NCBI GenBank assembly: GCA_038087875.1
Contig: CM075988.1
Location: forward strand, 9,984,001 to 10,048,000
Source: Malacoraja senta
Lineage: Eukaryota
DNA: 64,000 nt
Direction: 5' to 3'
The number at the start of each line of letters is the position of its first letter. The first letter of the stretch is position 1. The position numbers and the translations under genes were made by a program. Of the stretch, positions 36,467 to 48,159 are shown one piece after another. The notes beneath the pieces are model-generated. The model was not told where the DNA came from. It saw nothing but the letters and a program-made list of their open reading frames with translations, and did no database searches.

Positions 36467-37740
36467 ATGGAAAAAACGGGCAGGGGGAAGAGGCGAGCGA
36501 CACAGCCGACAGAAAGTCGGGAAAGTCGGGAGTCTGCGGTTAGAGACCAACCGCCTCTAAACCCTGGTACAGTCGCCAGCGGTGAGCATAGCGACTGTGG
36601 ACCTGGGGCTGGTGAAAACACAGTCAGCACCTGTCAGGCAAAAGACAAAGTTTAAATCACAACGGCCCACGGAGGGAGTCCCAGGCAATGGAGTAGCTCC
36701 AGGGCTAGATACTGCTTTCGAGCGTATTGCCCAAATAGAAAGCCTTTTACATAGGCTGTTGGAGCAAAGTTCACTCGGGGAGGAGTGTACTGAAAGCCAA
36801 GCTGCAGGAAGCAGCTCAAACAGCTCCTGGTACAGGGCTAGATACTGCTTTCGAGCGTATTGCCCAAATAGAATGCCTTTTAAATAGGCTGTTGGAGCAA
36901 AGTTCACTCAGGAAGGAGTGTACTGTAATCCAAGCTGCAGGAAGCAGCTTAACAGCACCTGGCTCAGGGCTGATGGAATGCACCCTCAGGAATGAGGAGC
37001 GTGCTACGGGTCATGAGATTTCAGACCCCGACTCTGACGGTGAGGCTGTACAAGGTGATGAACGGCAGCTGCCAGATGTTCCACCCCTGGCAGTAGGATT
37101 CGCTGCCCCGTCAGGGTCAGGAGAGCCATTAGGAGAAGAACTGGCCTCCTTAATAAATTACTTGGTTTACCATCAGCTGGAACAGCAGGAGATGGATGAG
37201 TCTGCTAGAAAGCAGGAGACCCCAAGTAACTGTGGGTTGCTGAAAGCAGCAGCAGTGAACCAAATTATCTGGAATCAGTTGCAGAGAATATTAAAGCTGC
37301 TGGGTTCTGGAATAACTGCTTTTACCAGAATAGCAGGTAACAGCCAAGAGATGACGAAGTTGCATCAGGAAGCACTGGGGTTGCTATGCGGCACCCACTT
37401 CGAGATCAATTATCTGAGGAAAGTGCTATACGGCCTACTATGAATCCGAAATTCGCAGCACTCTGCAAACCAAGTAATATACAATTACCCAACTTACTCT
37501 TTGGAGAGGATCTCGGGAGACGTATTAAAGAGTTGGAAGATGAAGCGAAAACAGGATTGATAAAAACATCAATGGTTGCAAAGTCTGTAAAGAGGAAGTA
37601 TCCTTTCAGACGTCATACGGATCCTAGACCAGGACCAAGTTGCTCATCAACTCAGGGACATAGCTGGTGGCCTGCAGCGGGAGTAAGGACCAGTGGTGGT
37701 GCTTCCGGGAGAATCCAGGGATCTCAGAATACTCAAATGA
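36467..37740 (+). pseudogene. DIRS ORF1 (gag-like), frameshifted
   Basis: MEKTGRGKRR... homologous to MDKTTKGKRQ... of the minus DIRS; PSNCGLLKAAAVNQIIW and LLFGEDL motifs. Confidence 0.75.
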
Positions 37741-39556
37741 CTCAAGAGGTAGGTGGACCTGGTTCTCAGGGGAACATACTAACTGGATTAAGTCCAAAAG
37801 TTGGAGGTAGATTACGTCTCTTCTATAAACATTGGAAGAAGATTACTTCAGATGTGGTAATTCTGAATAATATACAAGGATTTCAAATTGAATTCAATCC
37901 AAATTATGATTTGCCTGTCCAGCATGTTCCTAGCAGAACTCTCCACTTTGCGAAGTAATGGAGGTTCAAGTTGCGCTTCAAAACCCTATATATAAAAGGT
38001 GTTATTGAAGAATCAGTCCACCAAATTCACCAATTTGGGTCAAATATATTCCCTCGATCAAAAAAGGATGGAGGATGTAGGATTATTATAGACTTGACAA
38101 GTCTGAATCCTTTTGTTCAGTGTCTGTTCACTTGCAAGATATGAAGTATCTTAAATTTACATGGATGAACCAATTAGGGCAGTTCAAAGCTCTGCCTAAC
38201 GGGTTAACGTTCCCTCCCAGAATATTCATAAAATTGTTAAAATCAATTCTGGGGATGCTGAGAGCCAGGGGCATGTACTAATGGCATACCTGGATGATGT
38301 CCTGATTATAGGAAGGACAAAACAGTCAACAGAAGCATCGGTTGCAGTAATAAAATCAAACTTTTGAAAGTTTGGGGGTTTCTAAATTCATCCAAAGAAA
38401 TCAAGGTTAAAAACATGTACCTCGATTGATTATTTGGGGTTCACAATTGATTTAGCCCAAATGCAAATTACTTTGCCCAGTGAAAAAAGGGTGGAGTTGA
38501 TTAAAGATTGCAGTAATCTGTTAAACGAGCAAAAACCTCTAATTAGACAGGTGGTTCGAGTACTGGGAAAATTTGTAGATTCCCAGCAGTCCAGTATGGA
38601 CCATTACATTATCAACAGCTGCAGAGAATCAAAGAACAGGCACTGAGAGTAAATGCTGGTCATTTTGATAGAACCATGCAAGTAACAACAAATGCTGTTT
38701 CTAATCTGCAGTGGTGGATTCTACATGTCTCAAGCAGTTCAGGCAAAGTGCTGATTGAACAACCTTCCATGATATTACAAACTGATGCCAGTGCACTAGG
38801 ATGGGGTGCAACTGACTTAACATCGAGCTGCGGAGGCAGATGGAATCAGGAAAAGTTAGTGTTACTGCAGACATGGGGAATTACCTATTTGGAGCTTTTA
38901 GGAGGTTTCTATGGACTCCAAGCTTATGGTTCTAACACAACTAAAAGGAAGGTTCAAGTTCAAATTAATAAACACAACAGTAGTTGCCTATATTAATGAT
39001 ATGAGTGGAATTAAGTCGGTGTCATGTGACAAAATGGTTAAATCAACTTTGGTCTTGCTGTATTGAAAAGAACATTTGGATTTCAGCTATCTATCTACCA
39101 GGTAGAATAAACACGATAGCAGACACCAGGTCACGAAAAGTTCCATGATAATAAAGAATGGATGTTGAATCAAGAGGTATTCAATGATATAGTAATCAGA
39201 TTTGGAATGACCGACATCGACTTGAATCATCAGCTATCGAGATATGTCTCATGGAAACCAGATCCAGGAGCAGTGGCGATTGATGCTTTCTCGCTACATT
39301 GGGGTGGTATGTTTTCATATATATTTCCACCTTTCTGCCTCATAAGCCAATGTTTGTTTAAAATCAGGCAAGATGCTGCTTCGAGGGTATTGGTAGTACC
39401 AGATTGGCCTACACAGCCATGGTATCCGTTGATATTAGAATTAACAACACAAATGTTGATGAAAGTCCCAAAAAAGAGTAATTTATTGCTGCATCCTGTA
39501 CAGGGGAACAACATCCATTATATGATCGTTTGGATTTGTTGATTTGCAGGTTTTAA
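37737..39556 (+). pseudogene. DIRS ORF2: reverse transcriptase, RNase H and methyltransferase-like domain
   Basis: VGGRLRLFYKHW; MAYLDDVLII at 38281; LQTDASALGWG; YLELL; DAFSLHW..YIFPPF..VVPDWPTQPWYP. Confidence 0.9.
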
Positions 39557-39569
39557 GAATGCCTTTTCT

Positions 39570-40520
39570 GGGACGAGGACTGTCTGAGCATACTGTGGAC
39601 ATGCTTACGGCAGCCTGGAGGAAGAGCACTCAAAAACAGTACCTTTCTTATATTAAGAAATGGGAAGAGTTCTGTGCACAAAAGAATGTGCAATAAAGTA
39701 CTGCAGATATTTCAAATGTTTAGAATTTCTGTCAAAACTTTATTATGATGAAGGTCTGAGTTGTAGTGCAATTAATTCAGCCAGAAATGCATTGTCCTCA
39801 TATTTGGTTCTGGATTCGGAAAGAAACTCAATTGGGTCACACCCAATTGTTTCCAGACTAATGAAAGGAATCTTTAATTCCAAACCACCGAAACCTAGGT
39901 ACGTGACAATCTGGGATGTAAGTGTGGTACTGAAACTACTTCGTGAATGGTCATCAAGTGTGTCTTTACCTTTGGTCAAGCTTAGTATGAAAGTATTCAT
40001 GCTTATGGCATGAGTGACAGCACAACGAGTGCAAAAATTTGGAAAATTACAAATAGACAGTATGGAAGTAACTGAAGACAAGGTTACATTCTATATCTAT
40101 GACCTACTAAAGTAAATTAGGCCAGGTGTGACAGGATTTAAAATTATGCTAGCAGCATATCCAAATGATCCATGTCTCTGTATTAAGACATATTTATTAC
40201 AATACATTGAGGTCACAAAGAATTTGAGAATACGGAAACTGGGTTGTTGATCACACACAAGAAACCACACAAGAGAGTTTCAATACAGAATATTTCCAGA
40301 TGGATAAAATAAGTCTTAACAGCTGCTGGTATTAACACTTATGTTTTTACGTCTCACTCGACTAGGGCAGCAGAAACGTCGGCGGCCAGGGCAAAAGACG
40401 GCCCCGTCGACCATATCCTCGCAGCCGCCGGGTGGTCCAATGAGTTGATGTTTCAACATTTTTACCATCGGCCTATTGTTAATGCGGGGTTGTTTGCTGA
40501 AACTATTTTAAGTTCTGTGT
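39570..40520 (+). pseudogene. DIRS tyrosine recombinase, several frameshifts and stops
   Basis: INSARNALS, HPIVSRLMKG, WDVSVVL, VTAQRVQ, HSTRAA (~40354), AAGWS, FQHFY (catalytic Tyr ~40463). Confidence 0.9.
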
Positions 40521-40690
40521 AAATTCCTCTGGTTTAAAGGGGATCTGATTCATTTCATTATTGAAATGAATTACTGCATTTGTGGTACAAATGTTATTAT
40601 GAATGCATGATTGATTATTTTCGTTCCGAGTCAATCTATGCAGTGAGAAGCCGGGATTGATCCACGGCAAGAAATCACAAAGCTTTAAAA

Positions 40691-40804
40691 TCTTCACGTA
40701 GTCACTCACATGACTCCGAAGTAAAATAGTAAGATTAAACGAGAACTTACCTAAGTTTGAAGTTTGATCTTTATTTTATGAGGAGTTACGTAGGTGATTA
40801 CGTG
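40691..40804 (+). other. DIRS internal complementary region (ICR)
   Basis: 40691-40727 is complementary to 36255-36291; 40725-40804 is complementary to 40957-41036. Confidence 0.93.
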
Positions 40805-42291
40805 CCCACCACGACCCTACCCTCTATCATAAAGGTCAGATGGAAGTTCTTGTATTACTCGTTTTATTATGAGACTATATTACTTCGGTTGTTGTTTTTT
40901 GTGATTTCACACCGCTGCTTTGAAGATTGACGCGCAGGCGCACTGGCGGGGTTATTCACGTAATCACCTACGTAACTCCTCATAAAATAAAGATCAAACT
41001 TCAAACTTAGGTAAGTTCTCGTTTAATCTTACTATTAATTTATCTTGCATCATGTTTAGCACAGATGTTGTGGGCTGAAGGCCCTGTTCCTGTGAAGTTT
41101 TTTTCTACTGTATGTTCTATGTTCAGATGGCTGATATTCAGGTAACATTTTTTGTTGTTGTTTTGCTTGTGAGAATAATGCAAGCAAGGAATCCAATCTC
41201 TGTATAATCATTTATGCCGACCAAACGGGTGATGGCAGTCTCAATCAGCCAGTACAGAGAGCCATTTAAGGGGCAATGTTTCCACCATTATCATGCTCCT
41301 GTAGTATTTCGCAAAGTCGCTAAGTAATATTCTGCTATTTTAATAGGGCTTTAACATACACTAGAGCCAAATTAATCCGACAAGCAGGTAAGACAAAGTG
41401 AAATATAATATCATACAAAATGGAAAATATAGCATTTAGCCCAAATGAAAATGGGGCATAGATTTGTAAAATGTGCTGCTGCAGAGACGCGTCTTGATCC
41501 TGAAATAATAACTGTGATATTTGGTATGAATAGAATCATAGAAACATAGAAAATAGGTGTTGGAGTAGACCACCCAAAACTGCCCTGGGCACCACCTGCC
41601 AACTGCCACCATGAACGGCCGCCTCGATCCGCTATAACCAAAATCCATTTATATACAGCTCCGTAATTGCGAGAGTTTGCTGTAATAAATGAGATGTTGC
41701 TATATTTTGGAATCAGCACAATCTAGCAGATATCTCCCGTGCTGAATGAGAGTTTTCATTTTGTGTTCAATTTATCTTTGGCTGCTTTGAGCGTTGCCAA
41801 ATTCATATGTTGAACATATTGCACATCAAAATTGAAAAAACAACAACAAATAATTTCATAGATTCATACAGCACAGAAACAGCTCCTTTTTTTCACCTCA
41901 TCATGGGAAATCACAATGACAATTCTATTTGTTGGCATTGAGCCCCTTTCTCTCAATGCCTTTCCTGTCTGCGTACCTGGAGAAATTCCTTTTAAACACG
42001 GTAATTGTATCTGTCTTTACCACCTCCTCTGGCATCTTGTTCGTTTACTCTTCTGGGAAGCATAGCCAAGCTGAAATGGGGCTTCCAACAATCTTTGAGT
42101 CATTTGATGTCGTACAAATACCTGTTCACTACCACCATATGGATCCATGTTTGTGCCAGTGCACTCTAACGCTGAATGAGGCAATGCATTTGATCTTAAA
42201 TTTGCCATCAAGATTTATATATGAATGTGAATGAGGCAAAGATTCGGTGGTCAACAAAGGCGAGATCAACAAAGGGAAGGTCAGAAGTGAC

Positions 42292-42600
42292 GAGCGGCAT
42301 GGTGGCGCGGCAGTGGAGTTGCTGCCTTACAGCGCCAGAGACCAAGGTTTGATCCTGTCTACGGCTGCTGTTTGTACGGAGTTTATAAGTTCTCCCCTTG
42401 ACCGTGTGGGTTTTCCCGGGTGCTCTGGTTCCTCCCACATGTCAAAGATGCACAGGTTTGTATGGCTTCTGTAAATTTTAAATTGCCCCTAGTGTGTGTG
42501 AGACAGTGTTAGTGTACGTACGGGGATCGCTGGTCGGGGTGGACTCGATGGGCTGAAGGGCCTGTTTCCACGCCGGAACTCTAAAACGAAAATCTAAAAC
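42292..42600 (+). mobile_element. V/HE1-like SINE
   Basis: tRNA head, V domain and CR1-like tail. Confidence 0.88.
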
Positions 42601-43064
42601 AAAATTATTTGCCCCTCTCTCTTGAACCCATTTGGAGTTTCACTCTGTAGATCAGCTTGCACAGTAGACTTCATTGAAAATCTATGTCGTAATAAATTTG
42701 TGGGCTACACTACTAAGCCACAGAGTTAAATTTACAAACTCAGCCAGCATTCACACTGATGCCATCACTTTACCTACAGCCACTCTATAAAATGGCAGCG
42801 GAACAGCTAGTAGAATCCGGGTTCAATCCTGACCTTTGGTGTTGTCTGTGTGGAATTTATACATTCTTCCTGTGACAGTGTGGGTACCCTCTGGTTGCTC
42901 TAGTTTCCTCCCACGTCTCATGGACATGTGAGTTATTAGGCTAATTGTCTGAGGGGAATTTGAAGAGAATAAGCTTCAAGGAGAAAGCTTGGAGGAATGT
43001 GGTCATTCTGTGAACCGTCATAGGCTCAATGAAATTAATCTAAATAAATAAAATGATAAGATAC

Positions 43065-43245
43065 TTAAAACATAGAAACATAGAAAATAGATGCAGGAGT
43101 AGGCCATTCAGCCCTTCAAGCCAGTACCACCATTCAATATGATCATGACTGATCATCCAGAATCAGTACCGAGTTCCAGTTTTCTCCCCATATCCATTGA
43201 TTCCGTTAGCCCTAAGAGTTATATCTGACTCTCTCTTGAATACAT
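43065..43245 (-). mobile_element. CR1/HER1-like LINE tail
   Basis: CATAGAAACATAGAAAATAG...; reverse complement of 30160-30330. Confidence 0.8.
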
Positions 43246-43322
43246 CAATCAAATACAACAAAATTAGGTGCCATGCTTTGTCCTGCCTCTCCTCTCTCCC
43301 AGCTTTTTTCCCTCCCTACAAT

Positions 43323-43355
43323 GTCTGAAGAAGGGTCCCGACCCGACACGTCACC
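43323..43355 (+). ncRNA. Minimal type I hammerhead ribozyme motif in a PLE end (one core substitution, GAAA>GACA)
   Basis: GT-CTGAAGA-A-GGGT(CCCG)ACCC-GACA-CG-TC-ACC. Confidence 0.6.
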
Positions 43356-43439
43356 TATCCGTGTTCTCCAGAGGTGCTGCCTGACTCGAGAACCTGGATA
43401 GGTTTTGGGTCTAGACCCTTTTTCAGACATTTAGACTGG

Positions 43440-43839
43440 AACTGGGCCTGGAATCCAGTGTTGACAGCGCCGGCCTGCTGGTGGCCGGGGGGGGGGGGGA
43501 AGCGGGGGGGGGGAGGGAGGGGGATCGGCAGAGTCAATAGTTGCGTACAGCGGGTGGCCGGAGTGCAGCTAAGGGTCGGCGGTGGTAGCGGCAGCGGCAG
43601 ATGCTGTCTGGAAGTGGCCGAGGGAGCAGTGTGGACCAGCGTTGGCGGCCGAAGGTCCGGCTTGGAAGCGGCATGAGCCAGAGGTGGCACGGGCATCTGG
43701 GGCCGTAAGCGGTGGGGGAGATGGAACCAGCCGGAGGTGGCACAGGCACCCATTGATAAATCCAATGTCAGTCCAAACCAAAGTCCAAAATATAACCAAA
43801 GTCCGTTACAAAGAGGTCCGTTAAAACCAGAGTTTACTG
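43440..43839. mobile_element. Tc1/mariner (Tigger/pogo-like) non-autonomous fragment, one end only
   Basis: Ends ...GAGTTTACTG|TA (reverse complement TA|CAGTAAACTC); a similar end lies at 41672-41682. Confidence 0.5.
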
Positions 43840-45465
43840 TATGTTATAACCACATTATCAAAAACAAATCTCTCTTGGGTTTTTTACAATTTTGGGAAAC
43901 TTCCACTTCTCACCCAACAAGGCAGGAAATGTTATTTTTGTTAAGCACACTACGTCTACCAAACAGGCAGCATGAACTATGGCAGCATGATAGCAGATCC
44001 TGTTTGAGAGTAAATCTGTCAACACAGACTCCTTTAGCAGGGCAACATATGGTATTAAAGCACTTTAGGCTTGACGATACTTCTGAAAGGAAAAGTCCTG
44101 TCAAGCTGTGAGAGTTAGTGTTAACATCATGTGATTCCATCAGTAAACCATGACAGTAAACCTTGCACCAGGAAGTAGGAGGTGTTGAAGTGTTACCTGT
44201 TCCAGCGTTGACTCTGCCTGAAGTTATATATTATTACTTATTACTGACCTCTTCTGCTCTGCTCTGTTTCTCCTGTATTACACCCACTCTCAGATGAGGT
44301 AGGCCCAATATTACATCACAAAACTCAAGGACCTACAATGTACACTCAGCAAAAAGCTGCTCATTCTTTTTTAATTTAGGTACAATTAGGCATGTGATCT
44401 TGACTAAAAACAACAAACTGTGAAAGAAAGATTGATCTCTCCAGGTGAAGCCGTGTGCAACAAGACTCTTAACGTACATTGCAGAATCGGGTGTTAATGA
44501 ATCATAGAGCTACACTGCATGAAACTGGCCTTCATCTCAACCCGTCCCTGCCAACCAAGAGGCCTATCTGTGCTAATCCCATGTGCTTGCATTGGTCTAT
44601 ATCCTTCAGACCCTTACTGGAGGACGATCTGTCATGGACACCAACAGCTCTCTATGGTCAAGATGAATATTCAGTTCATTTTTTGTCAGTTTAATTTAGT
44701 TTATTGTCACATGTACCAAGGTACAGTGAATAGCTTTTGTTGCGTGCTAACCAGTCAGCAGAAAGAGAATACATGATTACAATTGAGCCATCCACAGTGC
44801 ACAGTGCACTGATATTCAAAGGTCCAGGCAGCAGTCAAGAGTTGTTCCTGGGTCGACTGCCTGTCCCTTTTTCTGTGCCTGCATGTCCCTGGAGAGGGAA
44901 AACGTGGTGTTCATGGGGACTTTGGAGGTCTTTCGTGAAGCTGGTTGCCCCTGGTCTCCAGGGTGGGATATGGATGATAACGTTGTTATTTGATGGTTGA
45001 TGTCTGCAAGCTGCACAAGCACTTTTGATTTATGCAGTACTTTTTAACTATGATTATGCAACAAAGGCTTCTTGTTAGGGAAACAAAAACAGCAATCTGT
45101 GGGGCTGTCTATCAAGCAGCAGTCTATCAGTGCTGCAAACTATGTATCTGCACTCTGTATCTTCCCATTTGCTCCACCTATTGTAGTTCAGTTTGATCGT
45201 ACTTCAGTTTGACTTGATTTTAATTATGTATGGTGTGTCTGAACAGTCTGGATACCAAGCAAAACAAAGTTTACCTCAGTACAGGCGACAATAATAAACC
45301 TAAACCTAAACCGAGAAGCAATATAATACTTTTGAGGACAAAATAAGTAATGGGGACGATCTGTATTCCAAAAAAACAGTTTACGTTTTAAACACTTCCA
45401 GGTATAAAATTTATGACAGTATTCTATCAATGATTTGGTGATTTTTTACTAAATTTTAGTACCTG

Positions 45466-45775
45466 GATTAGACTTTACTTTAGAGATAGAGCATGGAAAC
45501 AGACTCTTCGGTCCACCGAGTCTGCACCAACCATTGATCACCCTGTACACTAACCTACACACACTAGGGTCAATTTTTAAAAACTTACCAAAGCCAATTA
45601 ACCTAGGTCTCCAAAATCCTGCACAACTTTGGAGTGTGGAGAGGAAACCAAGAAAACCCACACGATCACAGGGAGAACGTACAAACTCCATACAGACAGC
45701 ACCCGCAGTCAGAATCGAACCCGGGTCTCTGGCGCCGTAAGGCAGCAACTCTACCGATGGGCCACCGTGCCGCCC
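45466..45775 (-). mobile_element. V/HE1-like SINE
   Basis: Reverse complement of a full SINE with intact head GGGCGGCACGGTGGC. Confidence 0.88.
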
Positions 45776-46714
45776 AATTCATTGGGATAGGAGACGGAGA
45801 TACAGAAAAGCATTCTGAAGTTCAGCGTTCAGCGTTCAATATGTCTGAAGTGAAACCACATGAACCACTGAGCTATGAAATATCTGAGGCAACTGTCAGC
45901 GACCGCTGAGTGCTATCATTAGTGTCCACATCTCATTAACATTCATGTTTTTATTCCCCTCAAAAACATTTTACCAGTGTTTACATATCTGAATAATGAA
46001 ATTAATATTTGACATGATTTATGGTTTGCAGTGAATTAGATGGAGGAACAATGGAGGATCTGAAAATTAGATACCTGCAGCTTGATACAGATACCAGAGC
46101 TGGCGACTCAGTGGAGAATGATTCATTGCATATCCTAGCAGACTGAATAATGAATGAATTAATTACATGAATAGATGATTCAATGCCCTGTCTTTATACG
46201 TATATCTCTGCCTATATATTTGTGCCATTAGATTATTCTGTATGTCCATGAACTGATAATGAGATTTTTCCTTTAGGGTTTAATATATTTATGAAGGAGT
46301 ATAGAAGCCAGAAGGTTTAGCAGAGATTCAAAAGTTAGATTATAATTTGGAGGATGCTTTAGGAAACAGTAAAAAGCATATGTGGAATGTAATGCTGAGG
46401 CTTTATAAGGTGCTGGTCAGACCGCATTTGGAGTATTGTGAGCAATTTTGAGCCCCTTATTCCTTCTGAACGTACACCATGAGATGTGCTCAGACTGACA
46501 CACACAGATCCATTTCACTTGCCTCATGTTTGTGGAAGTTACATTGCACCATTTAAATTCCTCCATCGTTCCTGCCCTCCCTCAATGTTCTTGTTTCATC
46601 CCTCTGTTGCCGGCTCCCACTGATATTTGGTTCCTGTAACAATTCCCTTTGCCTAAGTATACCAAGATTCATAGTCAGAGAGCTGAACAGAAACAAGTCC
46701 TTCAGAGGACCAGA

Positions 46715-46858
46715 TTGGGGTGGGAGATTGCAACCTTCACGTGGTCCTCCCTGTTTCGACGAATGCAATCAACCTGGTGTGCACAATCAAATAAGATCAA
46801 ATAGAACAAGTTGTCCTACAACTTTAGGCTGTGCACGCCATACGCAAGAAGAAGAAGA
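46715..46858 (+). mobile_element. Short non-LTR retroposon 3' end with (AAG)n tail, possibly Ingi/Vingi- or RTE-type
   Basis: 11-bp TSD AGAGGACCAGA at 46704-46714 and 46859-46869; ends CCATACGC(AAG)n. Confidence 0.75.
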
Positions 46859-48159
46859 AGAGGACCAGAACTATGGTTCCTACTTGTGCTCACCCTCTAT
46901 GCCTTCTTTAGCCCTGAGTCACTCTGACCCTCTCTTATTCAAAAGCGCCTTTGAAACATTATATTATCTGGGTTTACTACCTCCGCTGGCAACTCACTCC
47001 AACTGTATAACCACTACTCTCATCCCTTGGACGACTTTTAACTTTCTCCCCTGTCTCATTAAACCTATATCCTTCAGTTTTAGATTCTCTGACACTGAAT
47101 ATTCATCCTTTCTATGCCCCTCATAATCTACAAACCTCTAAAATGCCCCCCCCCCCCCAGCTTCCTATCAACAAACACAACTAATCTGATCTCTCCTTGC
47201 AACTAAAAAAAATGTAGAAAACATTAATGTTCTCCAGAGATGCTGCCTGACCCGCTGAGTTACTCCAAACCTTTGTGTCTTTCTTTTGTAAACCAGCTCC
47301 TGCAGTTCCTTGGGACAACATTCCGGTGACTCTCTTTTACATTATTTTTAATGCCACCGCACTCTTCCCACAGAACAGTGACCAGAACTGTACATAGTTC
47401 CTCAATTGCAGCCTTTCCAATGTTTTGAACTGGTGCAATATAATCCCTTAATTCTTATGCTGAATACTTTGGCCTACGAAGACAAGTAGATCAAATACCT
47501 TCTTCACTACTTTACCCGCCCATGTTACCATTACAAGGGAACTATGGCACTTGCACCCCCAAGTGTCTCTGTACATCAACACTCTTAAAGTCCTGCCATT
47601 GTTAGTATTTGACATCACTTCAATGATTCCATGACTTTATTGTCACATGTACTTAGGTACAGTGAAATTATTTGTTTTTGCATATAATCCGTTAAAATTT
47701 AGTTTAGTTTAGTTTAGAGATATGGCACGGAAACAGGCCCTTCGGCCTACCGAGTCCGCACCGACCTGCGATCCCCGCACACGAAAGGGGCTGTCCTACT
47801 TGGGCGACATAATCTGCGAGTTTAGAAGGGTGTCTTCGACCTTCAAACACGCAGCATGGTTGACACATGGTCCTAGGAGGTCCCATGAGGTCGCTGGAAC
47901 ACTCCTTCATGCTCGAGGGAAGTTCCTGCATACTCGTGGCCTCAGCTTGGTCGCGGTGTAAAATTTGGTTGGCGTGGTTCTTTTTAACTCGTAGTGCAGT
48001 GGAGTGTGGTCGCTATTTAGTTACAGGCAGTCGAAGGCAGCCGTAGGCAATCTTCTTCGCTGACCGGGCATTTTGATTGGCTCATCGGAGTTTTCAGGAC
48101 CAAGGAAACCTACCGGTAAGTAAAATGCCCGCTAAACTTTATTATACTTTTTAAAAGTG

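Larger units (their letters stand above)
36255..41036 (+). mobile_element. Full-length DIRS1-like tyrosine recombinase retrotransposon with decayed ORFs
   Basis: Left ITR from 36255, ICR 40691-40804, right ITR and extension to 41036, ATT at both ends; gag, RT, RH, MT and YR remnants in order. Confidence 0.95.

Noticed and set aside
44197..44217. 21-nt minus-strand microexon (CAG|GCAGAG...CAG|GTAACA)
   Set aside because: No polypyrimidine tract; indistinguishable from chance
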